Assembly (NCBI GenBank): GCA_032718475.1
Contig: JAUCBJ010008219.1
Coordinates: 1-64,000 of the forward strand
Length of the DNA stretch: 64,000 bases
DNA from: Nemertoderma westbladi
Taxonomy: Eukaryota; Animalia; Xenacoelomorpha
Direction of reading: 5' to 3'
Program-made: the position numbers and the translations under genes
Notes under the pieces: generated by a model
Told to the model about the DNA's origin: nothing
The model's database searches: none
Seen by the model: only the letters and a program-made list of their open reading frames with translations
In this document: piece after piece, positions 25,264 to 37,994 of the stretch
Numbering within the stretch: the first letter of the stretch is position 1
Layout of the letters: each line of letters begins with the position of its first letter

Positions 25264-26410
25264 GTCGTTACGATTTTGACATGCTAATAACTTTGTCGGA
25301 TTTAAAGCTGCCAAGTTGAAAATTTGTAGGTATCAATATGAGCAAAAGTTGAGATTTTTGAGAGACTTTCAGACACCATCAGTGCAATGGTCTCCCGCTA
25401 GAGGGCCACATGTCTAAACATTAAATGGCCACCCATTTCTTTGCTTTTAATCCGTTTAAGCTGAAACTTGGGAAGTATGTACTAGACCATTAGCTGTAAA
25501 TTTCAAAGGAGGCTAATCTGTCTGCAGTTCTCCAGTCTGCCGCTAGAGGGCGAAATGTCCCGAATGTGAAATTATTCTTCGATTTAGTTGTTTATGATCT
25601 GATTACGCTGAAACTTGTCATATATGTACTAGATGACATCCTGAGTCTTTGTGTGGATTGTAATCGGTCCGAAGTTTTCCAGTCTCCCGCTAGAGGGCCA
25701 CATGTCTAAACATTAAATGGCCACCCATTTCTTTGCTTTTAATCCGTTTAAGCTGAAACTTGGGAAGTATGTACTAGACCATTAGCTGTAAATTTCAAAG
25801 GAGGCTAATCTGTCTGCAGTTCTCCAGTCTGCCGCTAGAGGGCGAAATGTCCCGAATGTGAAATTATTCTTCCATTTAGTTGTTTATGATCTGATTACGC
25901 TGAAACTTGTCATATATGTACTAGAAGACATCCTAAGTCTTTGTGTGGACAGTAATCGGTCCGGAGTTTTCGAGTCTGCCGCTAGAGGGCGAAATGTAGG
26001 AAAGTGATAACCTTCGCGAATTCCTTGATCTTAATCTATTTAAGCTGAATTTTGGAATATACAGTACCGGTATGTACTAGACCACATGCCTCGTCTTTGT
26101 GAGGAAGGTGATCGATCCGTAGTTCTTTAATATGCCGCTAGAGGGCTAAATGTATGAAAGTGAAAACCTTCCAACATTTCGTTATTTATGATCCGTCAAT
26201 CGGAAACTTGGTAGATATGTAATAGACCATAGGCTGTGGCTTTGTAGGGAAACTAATCCTTCCTTCTTCAGTTACCCAGTCTCCCGCTAGAGGGTTAACG
26301 TTTTCCGGGAAAATCTGCTCCTATGTTTTTATAATCCTTTCGAGTTGATACTTAGCATTAACTCATTTCACGTGCTGCGCGAAGGCCCCACTTCGTGTAT
26401 GTGCTGTACT
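25100..26410. mobile_element. Helentron/DINE-1-like non-autonomous element with (GTC)n microsatellite and ~145-bp tandem units
   Basis: Subterminal inverted motif cacgaagttggc..ccttagcg (5') versus cgcgaaggccccacttcgtg (3'); (GTC)n at 25198-25268; seven units each centred on ccgctagaggg. Confidence 0.55.
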
Positions 26411-26699
26411 GTTCTTTTGTTAATTATTTGAATTTGCAATGCAATTGTTGAAACACTACGGTAGCAGAATAATGCCAGGGAACACTACCGTTAACTGGGT
26501 AGGCCTAATGATTCCGGTAAACTGAAATATGGGTTTACAATTTTTATACTGAAAATGCCTATGCCTGTCGAGCTCCACACAACACATTCTGACAAGAAAT
26601 GACGGAACGCACTGTCTGGCTGTTTGTTTAGTAATGTGAGATCTACCTATCACCTATGTAATGTGCAAAACTAATGATTTTCTATGCTATGTCAGTATG

Positions 26700-28617
26700 C
26701 AGTCGGTGAGAAGTCAAAAATTGGACTTCAAGTCCAATTTTAGACTTCAAGTCCAACTTTGGACTCCAAAGTCCAATATTGGACTTTAGTACAACTCCAA
26801 GTGTACCCATGCTGCCATACTGTATATCGGTATTTAAATCAAAACTGCATCCCGTATCAGTACATATATATTACATAATTGCAATGCAACATTATTTTAA
26901 TGATCAAATTAATTATTATATGTATTATATAAACAGGGATCGCACACGTACAGTTAGACATCAGTAGTTACTTTTTGCGGTAGTGGTATGGCTTTGCGGT
27001 AGCCTTACTGCCTTAGCGGTGTATACCGCGGTAGCGTAGTTGAGTTATAGCTGTATAGTTCATTCATACCCATACTGCCATACCTGTGGTATTTTCGTAT
27101 GGCAAAAATAAGACTACTGTAAACTGTAACCTATTGCTATTATGTTATTGAGTTCATGTTTATTGACTAATTGTTTTGATTAGGTTCACTGTGTCAAGTA
27201 CAATGCACACATCTCTGCATCTCCAACCAGACACTATATAACATTAGAGTTGGAGGTGTCTCATTCAGTCATTGGTTCCCCCAAGCTTGACACTAGAACA
27301 AAGCCGCCTCCGCTTTGCAGGACATCGCTTTAAGCCGTGAGGACCAGCCAGTGCACCTCATGGAGTGAATAAGCATGGTGGACAGCCCATGACTTTCTTG
27401 AGACGCATCTTTCTTACTGTCTTAAAGGACACTGGCCTTGAAGATGCGGATGATCTAGCAAATGTCATGGCTGATAAGGCTGTAAGAGTGTAAGGGAGTT
27501 GTGGAGGCGCACTTTTGTCAACAAGCCGGCACAGCATTCTTAATACATAATAGGGCCTATACTGCTATATATATAATGCAGCTGCAATGAATCATGCCGA
27601 TTGTAGTAGTAGTACGTGGTGAGGTTATAGGGCTCCTTCAATTGGTAAAGTCAAAAGTGGCCGTTTATTGTTTTAGTTAGAAAAGCCTGCCTCTGTAACC
27701 TGTTCCTTTCCCTCAATTGGTTTATGATTATGACGTGTGTTACTTGTTACTTCTGTACTTATTATGTGGAGACCCCAACGCGTTAATCAGTTACTAATCC
27801 CATTTCATTATCCTGTTATCCAGCTGTTTTATAATACCCTTCCTGTTGTATGGAAAAATTAGAAGAGATGGTGGTAGCATCAACTTGTAGTATTTCTTTC
27901 TGATAGGGCTCCCACAGCCTTAGACGAAATCGTAGCTTGTACTGTAGTTAGCCTTAGCAGCAGCTGCAGTTGGCTAACCTGGCATTGCTACCAGTATCCA
28001 CCAAATATAATTTGTAATTAAATATTTGTTGGAGCATAATCTAATCTAGTCCTAAAGACACTATAATATAAAGTCCTGGGTACATAAGGCTGTAAGGTTA
28101 GACATAACATGAATGTAAATTGTGAACTAAACAATATATGCTAAAAGCTAAAAGTAAAGTACAAAGTACCTATAATGCTAGAATGTACCATTTTATTCTA
28201 AGTACAGTACAGTCAGTACACTGAAGATACATACAGAGCTGCAAAGGTAGCTTTCCATAACTTAACAGCTGTCTGGCTGTCTCTCATCTGTCATGCTTCA
28301 TGTACCTTTAAGTTCGATTCTCAATGTCACGTCCAAAATTGGACTTAAAGTCCAATATTGGACTTTTGTAAAAATTCAAAGCCTTATAAAAAAAGTTCCC
28401 CCTGGTGAATTTCAGGTCCCCCTGTTCAAAACTCTTATTTTTTGATATATTTTCGATTAAAGAAAAAAAATCCCGCCCGATCCTATTACCCAAGGCCCTG
28501 GAACAATTGGCTGATTTGAAGTCCAATATTGGACTCACAGAAGTCCAATTTTGGACTTGAACTGGAGTCGAAGTCCAATTTTGGACTCAAGTCCAATTTT
28601 TGACTTCTCACCGACTG
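26700..28617. mobile_element. Non-autonomous TIR DNA transposon with 5-bp TSD (hAT5- or Transib-like, superfamily uncertain)
   Basis: TIR cagtcggtgagaagtcaaaaattggactt / aagtccaatttttgacttctcaccgactg; TSD gtatg on both sides; subterminal aagtccaa/ttggact repeats. Confidence 0.8.
27183..27614 (+). mobile_element. Degraded 3' fragment of the same RTE family as 11112-12571
   Basis: Aligns to the reverse complement of ~11115-11485 (gtgtcaagtacaatgcacac...ccaagcttgacactagaac...gcagctgcaatg) and ends in gtagtagtag. Confidence 0.85.
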
Positions 28618-28694
28618 GTATGTACATCCCTATGTCAGTATGTAGGAGGAATGTAGTTTTATATTGTATGCAAATTCAACAGTTCAAACCATAT

Positions 28695-29640
28695 CGGTCC
28701 GACGAATCTGTACAAAAAAGTACAAAATAGTACAAAAGAGTACAATAAAGTGCAAAAATAGTACAAAAGAGTGCAAGAATAGTACAAAAGAGTACAAACG
28801 AGCGAGAAACGCATACAAAACGTGTATACCAGTGTAGTCTACACTACACTACACTTGTATATAAATATAATTAGGGCCTAATTGTAAGCAAATGCAACGG
28901 GACCGAAATATGCGCCGCTACAGTGTCAATCACTAGCGGCCTTGGTTCTGTGGTCAGTATGAAATGATTGACAGAACTTTGATTCATGTAGATTTTGACT
29001 GGCTTACAAATAGAAATAGGCTACAGTTCATATAATACAATATAATGCAATACTATCAGACTATGCAGTGGGTAGATAAAACTCCTATAACTCAACTCAA
29101 AATATAATTATATACTCATAAAATATAAATTAAATATAAAATAACTCAAAATTTAGGTAATAGCCTTAAAGTAGCCCATATACCAGGATACTGAAGGATA
29201 GACTGTATGCTACATTATGTAGGCTATGTATGTCTGTATGTACCGGTACGCCTCTATCTTCAACTTTATTGAGTTCTCCCTCTGCAATTTTGTGGGCTTG
29301 GGACCGTTTTTTTGTGTTTTTTAAACACAAAAGGCTGCATTAAAACAGTAAAACCCATAAGATTGTATTGTAATAGGGGCCTAATCTCTGACTGCTAGAC
29401 AGCTAGATCAGCCCCCGCTCAATGCATGGCTCGCCCCACAATCAGACAATGCTTTGTTTTATTTTGCACATCATGTGCGCCCCTCTAAACGATTTGAACT
29501 ACACTTGGATACACGTTTTGCAAGCGTTTCTCACTCGTTTGTACTCTTTTGTACTATTTTTGCACTTTATTGTATTCTTTTGTACTATATTGTACTATTT
29601 TGTATTTTTTTGTACTTTTTTGTACAAATTCGTCGGACCC
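28695..29640. mobile_element. MITE with ~150-bp TIRs and 8-9-bp TSD (MULE- or Merlin-like)
   Basis: ggtccgacgaat...gtacaaaa repeats at the left, ...tttgtac...attcgtcggaccc at the right; TSD aaccatat(c). Confidence 0.75.
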
Positions 29641-29648
29641 AACCATAT

Positions 29649-31205
29649 CCCAGGTAGCACAAATACGTAAATTTACGGTAAATTTACGTTCATTATTCGT
29701 CCAGACGTTCTGGATTTATGTTCATATGACGTTGTATTTCTCCCATAAGATGCTATTGATGCTAAACGTTCAATAGTTCAAAGTTGGCCGTCAGAAGTAC
29801 CGTAATATGAACGGGCAATTGAACGTAAAAGAGACCACAGGCAATCTATGTTCAAATGACGTGTTCACTAGACGTTCATTTCTGGTGTGTTATAGGTCCA
29901 TATTAGGTTGAATAAACGTAAAAATTTAACGTGAGACCAACCAATCACTGTTTGTTGGTGCATGTTCTGTGTAGAGAGGGGAGGGGGGGGGGGGGGGGGG
30001 GGGGTAGCCTACCTTATCCAATCCCTACACCCTATCCTACGGCCCTACACCTACAATACCCTATACATTTAGAGAAGGAAGCATCAGAGTATATATGAAA
30101 TTATTTAATCGATAGTGATATAAGAGTATCCATGATATATTATGGTGATGATCCACAAATTCGCATTGGATTAGTTAGATTTCTGTATTTTATCTTATTT
30201 CCAGCCAAAATAGATTATTCATATTGATGAATCTTAAAAAAATTAATTAATTTTATGACCTTATAATTGATATTTGAAATTTTGTATCTATGCAATAAGG
30301 CAATAATACATACAAAAATCAATTGAAACGTAAGAAAGGTTTATATAATATGATAAATTTGTAAAATAAAAAATAATGTTTTGCGATTAAAAAAATTACC
30401 CTACGCATGATAGAAGTTTGAACATTCCAACGCCCATATATCCGATTTATCTCAACAAAATGTAATGGTATTTGGTCAGTTGGTATCAAAATAGACAAAC
30501 TTTTGCGGTTTTCTTTGTTTGTTATTTTCTTGGTTCATTCAATAGGCCTAATATATTCTAATAATTTTATTACAATTTTTCGTGACATAGTACTAGTGTA
30601 TTAGCATTAGTAATCAGTAGAATCACCTTTGTCTAATTTTGATGTTATTTGTTGTTTAAAATGTTTAAAAATGCGTCAGCATTGTATTGGTTATCAATGT
30701 TTTGTTGTGTGAATAATTTTTCGATTACTTAAAGTAATTGTTTTGTATTGAGAATGAACCATTAGTCCAGATATAACTAAGCGGAACCACACCAACCATA
30801 CAAGGAATAGGCTAACCAACATAAAAAATAATTGCAAAATAATAAATAGTCAGATAATTGTATCACGAACAAGTTTGAACATGCCATTGACATAACAAGT
30901 TAAAGTAAATTAAGTTTGAACGTTCATAAATGTTCAAACAACGTACATATTTAGGTACAAAAAAATGAACGCATAACTGGACGCAATTTCAACGTTCAAT
31001 ATTCGTTTGTTTTGGTACATATTCAATTTCTTTAAAGTTAGGACGTTAAATTACCTAATGTGAACGTCACAATTTGGTAAATTACTCACAACGTCAGCAA
31101 TTTTTACCAATTTTGAACAATATTTCATTGATGTTCAGATTCGCATAAAAAAAGTACCAAATATGAACGTTCAATTTTTTTCGTGGACGTCCTGTGCTAC
31201 CTGGG
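29649..31205. mobile_element. Non-autonomous DNA transposon with CCCAG termini (CMC/EnSpm-like)
   Basis: TIR cccaggtagcaca / tgtgctacctggg; 2-bp TSD AT; many subterminal (a)acgt(t) motifs. Confidence 0.7.
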
Positions 31206-32245
31206 ATAGGCCTACAGTCTCACAGAAGCCTAGGCTAGGAAGGTGGAAGGGGTACCGCTACCGGTAACCCAGCCCATATATCTGTAATGATCTGCTGGAT
31301 AAATTTTTTTCTTAATTAAGAAAAATCAAGACATAAAATTTTTTAAATAAGAAATAAGTTAAACTCCTAAATAGGAAGTCCAAAAAATATTTCCTATATA
31401 AGAAATTCTCGGAAAAAGTAACGTTTTTAAAATGGCTATAGAAAGCGAACGCACAGATAGTTTTTTTTCTAGTTTTCACAACAGACGTAGTAGGCCTATA
31501 GATTATCCTCCAAAAACCAGGAATTCAAATATGCCGCTAAAATTTATTTCAAAAGATAATGAAGAAAATGTTCCGAAAAACGGCCAAAACTTCCTATAGG
31601 AAGCAAGATTTCCTATATAGGAATACAAAAATACTTCCTATTTAAGAAACCTACCCTAACTGCTAGGCCTAACTGCCTAACAGTTCAGTATACAGGTATA
31701 GGCCTAACTTATCAGTTTATACCTTTTTATAGGATACCGGACCTGTATAAATTATTTTTGTCTTTTTGGGTAAGTTTTTTGGGTAGGCCTAATATTGTGT
31801 TTTTTGGGTAAATTTTTGTGTTTTTATGTATTTTTTTGTGTTTTTTTGTGTAATTCGTAGGACCGCCAAAAAATGTAAAGTCAAACAGTGTCAAACCGCA
31901 AACTGCAAAGTAACTGTAATTTGCTAATGACAACAGTCTGTAAAGAGGGCAGTATTTAGAATACTGGAATTGAATTGGCTGTGATTGGCTGGCTTGTACA
32001 TCAACCATCTAGAATGATGACGAGAAATTGAGGGTGTGCAAGAATGCAAGATACAGAGATAGTTTATTGAGGTGAAGTGGAAAATGGGAGCAAAATGGGC
32101 TAAAATCGCATTCTGCTCTTCCTCCTTCAATAATCTGTCAGTATGTCTCAATATGGCTGTCTGCATGTGGTTCTGCAGTTAGGCTTATTATATTGTCTTT
32201 TGCCTACCGGTAGGCCTATATGTTGCTAAAATTTCAAAACGCAAA

Positions 32246-32533
32246 ATGTACTCAATTTGCCCAAATCGCCGGGTAGCAGCCACCTTTCTGGTTCTTTCAA
32301 TCGCGACCGGTAGTCTGACTTTACTGCTTGGTTTGTTGGTTGCCAGACCGGGACTGACCGCCTTGCAGTTCTCCAAACCAACAACTTGTCAGACGACCTC
32401 CAGTAGTGTAATCGGAACGCAGACCTGCTCCTGTGGGAAGCGATGCCTCTCGTCCTACCCGTGCGTAAAGATATCGGTATCTTATGAGATCGGTTCCGAA
32501 CTAATCGAGAACGCATTATTGCACGAAGATCAG
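32246..32533 (+). CDS. KCNMB-like: Calcium-activated K+ (BK) channel beta subunit-like, exon 1
   Basis: TM1 followed by C..., CSCGKRCLSSYPCVKISVSY...ALLHEDQ (CaKB loop pattern); phase-0 donor CAG|GTAAG at 32533/32534. Confidence 0.8.
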
Positions 32534-32840
32534 GTAAGCTCTGCTCCGTTCTGACTGCTACTGGGAGTGGGAGACAGGTAGGTAGATGGAATACATCTGT
32601 ACATTCATCTGTTCATTACCGGTATTTGTTTGATTGTCCAAGATGTATTATGCTTTGCTTACACTGTTACATATTCTGATACATATTCTAGATCAGTTAC
32701 CGGTACCAGACCGGTACCGAAAATTATGCAATCGCGATGTAAATACAGAAATAGGGCCTGTGTCATAGGCCTAATACAGTAGGGCTAGGCCATACCTAAT
32801 AATAATAAAATGTTAAAATAATTGTTATGTTGGTTTTCAG

Positions 32841-33209
32841 GTTGAGTTACTTCCCCCGGTGAACTGCTCCATAAAGGCTTGCCAACCTAGCGCGAGCGAC
32901 AATGCGAATCGCGTGAACGAGTTCATCGACCAGTTCGGAGTTGTTGGCTACAACTTCACGTGCTGGTCGAGTCCCGACCAACGCAAAGTTGTTTTATTAA
33001 CCGAGAAGTTCTCGACTTCGATGGTGGTAGTCTCCTTGGTTTTGCCTCTTTCTCTGTTCGTATGTTCCGTTCTTGGTCTCGTTTTCGCGTGTCGTTCTCT
33101 CGCTCGTCAGGGCCACGTCGTGCTGCGAAACCGCCCCCAGAGTTTGCCGCAGTTCAGTCATCGGAAACTCGTGGAAGACGACGAGATTAACAACCCGTTC
33201 TACAGATGA
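32841..33209 (+). CDS. KCNMB-like: Calcium-activated K+ (BK) channel beta subunit-like, exon 2
   Basis: Acceptor ttttcag|; in-frame VELLPPVNCSIKAC...N..RV..F...FTCWSSP...V.L..KF, then TM2 and stop. Joined protein is 218 aa; aataaa near 33339. Confidence 0.8.
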   Translation, partial: VELLPPVNCSIKACQPSASDNANRVNEFIDQFGVVGYNFTCWSSPDQRKVVLLTEKFSTSMVVVSLVLPLSLFVCSVLGLVFACRSLARQGHVVLRNRPQSLPQFSHRKLVEDDEINNPFYR

Positions 33210-33654
33210 ACCCGCCAAGCCGATTGGTTGGTTCCCAAGTTTTATTTATCTTGCTGCGATCTCATATTGTTTGACATTCTAATTAAATGATAATATTTAT
33301 ACGTGCAGATTTTTGCAAAAAAGTGATGCCGATCTACTAATAAAATATATATGTTATTTTTGTTTAATTTCTTGAGAAAATTATTGTAAACTAATTATTA
33401 TTAACTATATAATGTATTTAGCATGTAGATTTATTTACTTTCTGTTATTTGTATATATTTATTTTTCCCTTTATTTACTTTACTATCTATTCGTTATAGT
33501 GCTATACCTATAATATATAATTGTAGTTTTTTATACCATAAATAGGTCTGATGTTTCTTCATATTTTGTTATATCGATTGTATTTGTGTCTTTGTGCTGC
33601 AGTTTTTTAAATTTATAAAACACCAACAGATAAACTCAATATTATAATAATAAA

Positions 33655-34587
33655 TAGGGTTGGTGCGCGAAATAATAGTTGGGCTAGAAACAATCGAATA
33701 AGGGGTAACAAGGTGCCCTGAATCGAGTGGCGGGATGTGTTTTTTGTAAAAACACGAGGAAGCGGTCGAAATGGCGGGTTTAAGTGAGCGCGGGAAGCTA
33801 ATTTTGAATATCGGCTGTGATTGGCTGCTACATATTTGACCTCATTACAAAGTGATCAGATTTCTTATCTTGGTTTCTATGGAGGGTAATTTTAGATCGA
33901 TTAAAATACACATTTAATCTCAATTATTCCACACGTGGCTTATATCAATTGAAAGCGGAGAGTCTTGGGCGTTTTTTGACACTAAAATTAGTCAAATTCA
34001 TGGCAATGAACATTGATAAAATGAATCAATTCACAATTATAAACTCGCAGATTGCCTGACCGGTCTGCAAGTAATACTGAACCACTCAGCCATATCCACC
34101 TATTGCATTGCAGTATCGGAGTATTGCTGTGTTGCAGGTTAAGTTCATTAAGTTGAAATGTGTACCAGTCGGCTCACGGCTGTAGCGTAAGAGTGGTACA
34201 GCGGTAGGTTTACTCAACGTAATGAACATAAGAAACAATACAGCAGCAGCAGTAAGCCTATTCCGATACTGCAATGCAATAGGTGGCTAGGGCTGAGTTG
34301 CATATGGGGTCAGGCAATCTACCAAGTTTGCAAAATTGCAAACATTATTATATAAATGTTCATGATCATGAATAAGTAATTGTAGTGTTAAAATACGCGC
34401 AAGACACTCCGATTTCAATTGATATAAGCCACGTGTGGAATAATTGAGATTAAATGTGTATTTGAATCGATAGAAAATCTCTCTCCATAGAAACCAATAT
34501 AATAAATTATCAGAGCACTGCGTAGTGACGTTAAATATCTAGCAGCCAATCACAGACGATATTCAAAATTAGCGCGCCCCAACCCTA
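33655..34587. mobile_element. Foldback/MITE with long internal inverted repeats
   Basis: tagggttgg..cgcg / cgcg..ccaacccta ends; 33795-34100 is reverse-complementary to ~34290-34572; no clear TSD. Confidence 0.65.
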
Positions 34588-34764
34588 TTATACTATAAAG
34601 GTACAACACTGTATCAATTCCGGCTTCAACCCAACGCTAATTCCCACGATAAATAATCATTTTTGTATATCCCGTATCCTCCCTACCTATAATATTTTCT
34701 TTTAATCTTATTCTATTTTTAATAGATCTCTAATAGATTTAATATTCGACACAATAAAAATTCA

Positions 34765-34905
34765 TCCCTCTCCAGCGGAATTTCGACGCAAATAACAACC
34801 GATTACTCCTAAAAATAAAACTGTAACCTGTTCTATTGGGGTTCGTTTATTGTTTTAGTTAGAATAACGTGCCTCTGGAACCTGCTCCTTTCCCTAAATT
34901 GAGAA
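34765..34905. repeat. Dispersed ~150-bp repeat family
   Basis: Related copies or parts at ~22697-22750, 27660-27720, 51655-51715 (reverse) and 54848-54990 (reverse); core cgtttattgttttagttagaa...ctgtaacctg.tcctttcc. Confidence 0.6.
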
Positions 34906-36589
34906 ATTAGCATTTAGACGACATATTAATTCGCCAATGTGCCCCCCCCCCCTCCCCACCCCCGGCTCCACTGGTTTACAATTTATAACCACCAATTAAA
35001 ATGTAGATCCCTTGGTTTAATTTAGAACCGCGGTCATGTTTTTTAAGTGTATATGTATTGTATTGTATATATTTCGAGTTTATTAATATGATATTAGATG
35101 ACGGCATCCATTACTTAAGAGTTATATAGTTATTTGTTTTTCTTTTAGAAAGCATGTTTTTTTTTTTTTTTTTTGTTTTTTATTAAGATTTTATTGTTTG
35201 AATCGAAAATTCATTCCAAACTGAAATTCCAGTTGTTGTTGTTACCAGGGATAATATTTAGAATTGTGATATTCAGATTAATATAATTATTATTTAGTTG
35301 TTAAGTGTTATACGTTTTTTTTATGAATTCATCATCTTTGGGTACAGTCATGGCAACAGGCGATTATATCATCAACGATAAATGATTAATAACTCCCTGA
35401 GGCTGTACCAACTGGTAAAGCGAAAGAAGGATAGAATGTTGTGCGAGTGTCCGTTCAAAACTCAAAGCGGTTTTGCAACAATCAGTTTAGAATTGCTATT
35501 CAAAATATTCAAAAGGTTCGTTTAAAAAGTCACAATTACGGTAGGGTATTTTCTAAATGAGTTAAAATCTTTTCTAAATGTGTCAAAAGACGCAGAAAAA
35601 ATAATTGTGCCGATGCTCCAAACGCAATATCGACCGATTATCTTCAAAATGTCCCAAATGCAAAGCTGTTTATTATATTCCTGGGGCGGGCGACACGAAC
35701 CTCCGTTAATTTTAAAATTAACGGTGTTTTTGTGGTTTCTTAGAAACTTATTGTTGATGGTTTGAGTGCTGTTTCATCTGAAACATCTCAGAAGCAAATG
35801 TAAATGGTACACCATGTAAAAGTAAAGTAAAAAATAAGTTTTCTTCGTCCGTTAGGCCAGGTATTTCACACAAAGTGAGACGAATTATTTCCAGTGCGGT
35901 CCCCCCGAATTATACTCCCCAGAGGATACTGGATACTGGCCAGTACTCATTTAGCTACCACTTACTGTAGAGGATGCAAGGCATAGATGCGTCTTGGCTA
36001 CAGTATATAGCAGTTACACTACGGGTACATTGTCATGTTTAAACAATAGCGCACACAATTAGGATGGCCAAACGAACGAGTAAGGAAGCTTTAAGGTTTT
36101 GCAAGTAACAATGAGATCATAACGGGCAAGCACACTAAGGATGTTACACAGAATAAAAAAACAAGAGAAAAAAAAAGTAAATGCTGTAGGTGGAAAAACC
36201 AGACAAAAGAAAATGTTAAAGACTTATGGTCTAATTTGAAGGACATATTTCATTAGAGGTGAAAAAAAAAGGTGATAAAAGAAGAACCGGGGGAAAATAG
36301 GAAGAATTAGATTTACTTGAGCGTCTAGCTCCTGAGTAACGTCGAGTTGGTACTGTAGTTTATAGACGACAATTATTGACCGTTTCAGGCGGATGGAGGG
36401 CAGAAAATAATATAATATTCAATCTTAATATTCATATATTTATACAATATTCAATCTAATTGCACGGCAATAACTACATGTATTTTAAAAATAAATATTT
36501 TATTGAATTGAAAAAATATTGTTTCCCATTCTTCAATCCTATACTGTAGACGATCCGGTTGGGTTTATGACAATTCAAAGTTCGAAAAC

Positions 36590-37540
36590 CGGCCTGAAGG
36601 GTGGTCTCCAGCACCAAATTTTTTGAAATTTTCGAATTTTACAAAGTCATTCGTGATTTAGTAATTATTTATGTTTGGGCTATTTTTATTGGTTTGGATC
36701 ACTCTAATGCTCTATACAAGTATGTAAGTGTAGTGGTACGTCATTTTTGGAGCACCAAAATTAGGGCGTGGCACTTTAAAATTTCAAAATTACTTTATTC
36801 GGAAAATTTACTAAAGTTTTTATTTCGAAGCATTTTTATTTGTTTTCTGGAGCGCTGAATCGATTGAAGCCTGAAGACTTAGTGGTTCGCCATTTTTGGT
36901 GCACCAAAATTTTTCATTTCATTTTTCAAAATTTGAAGTGCCACGCCCTAATTTTGGTACATCAAAAATGGCTAACCTCTAAGGCTTCAGGCTTCTATAT
37001 TACTTTCAATCGATTCAGCGGTCTAGAAAACTTATATAAATGCGTTAAAATTTCAATTTTGGTTTATTTTCCGAATCTCGTATTTTTCAAAATTTGAAGT
37101 GCCACGTCCTAATTTTGGTGCACCAAAAATGGCGAACCACTAAGTCTTCAGGCTTCTATATTACTTTCAATCGAATCAGCGGCCCAGAAAACCTATAAAG
37201 ATGCGTTGAAATAAAAAATTAGGGGCATTTTCTGAATATCTAATTTTTCAAAATTTGAAGTGCCACGCCCACTTCTTAGGTGCACGAAAAATAGCATCCA
37301 CTTCAATTTTTGGAAATGGAATATAATCACATTCGATTCAGCGTCTTGAAAAACCTACTAAATCTAGCCAAAACTGCCACACTACAGTACATGAATTTCA
37401 CGAAAAAACAGACATAGGGCTCATAAAAAAAACCTTCACAGATAATCTTTTTAGTGTTTGGATCTCATGCCTAACATCCTAAAGAATCTGAAATGAGAAA
37501 TTGGAAGCAAATTCCGTTATGTGTGGGCTCCTACTAGCAA
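36590..37540. mobile_element. Foldback-type repeat with ~160-bp units in inverted and tandem orientation
   Basis: gcaccaaaattagggcgtggcacttt (36750-36780) versus three reverse units aagtgccacgccc(taattttgg) at ~36940, 37100 and 37260. Confidence 0.6.
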
Positions 37541-37994
37541 GTTTAAATTGACTGTACATTTTTTAACATTTTCCAAAATTTATGTGCGAATTTTGCCTAC
37601 AATCAAGGCGAAAATACAGTCATTAAAAATAACATTAATCCTAGTCTGTTAATTTGCCTGTGTGAGTGATGGTTCAACCTCGGTTGTAGTTAAGAAATAA
37701 ATTAATTTTGGTTTCCTAGAGATCAATCAACTTCGTTTGAAAAAATAACAATACGCTATTGCGAATTTCGTAATTCCGTAATTCCGTAACGAAAACATGA
37801 CATTTTTTAAAATAGCTTTTAAACTACTAAACATGTGACATTCAAATTTTAAATTCTCTTCCTCTAACCGTTGGGCAATACGCAATTATTTTCCTTTTGT
37901 GGCAATATGTTATATAAGTCGAGATATTTGTATTACGGAATTACAATTTCACGTTATGGAATTACGTTACGGAATTACAACTTTCCAACAATGC

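Noticed and set aside
25083-25319. Poly-Arg ORF
   Set aside because: Translation of the (GTC)n microsatellite.
31970-31995. Two ATTGG (CCAAT) boxes upstream of the KCNMB-like ATG as its promoter
   Set aside because: Short motifs that are common in the TEs of this window; the transcription start is unknown.
35540-35680. Minus-strand WDILKIIGRYCVWSIG resembling a Cys-loop TM4
   Set aside because: Similarity is weak and I found no convincing splice context.
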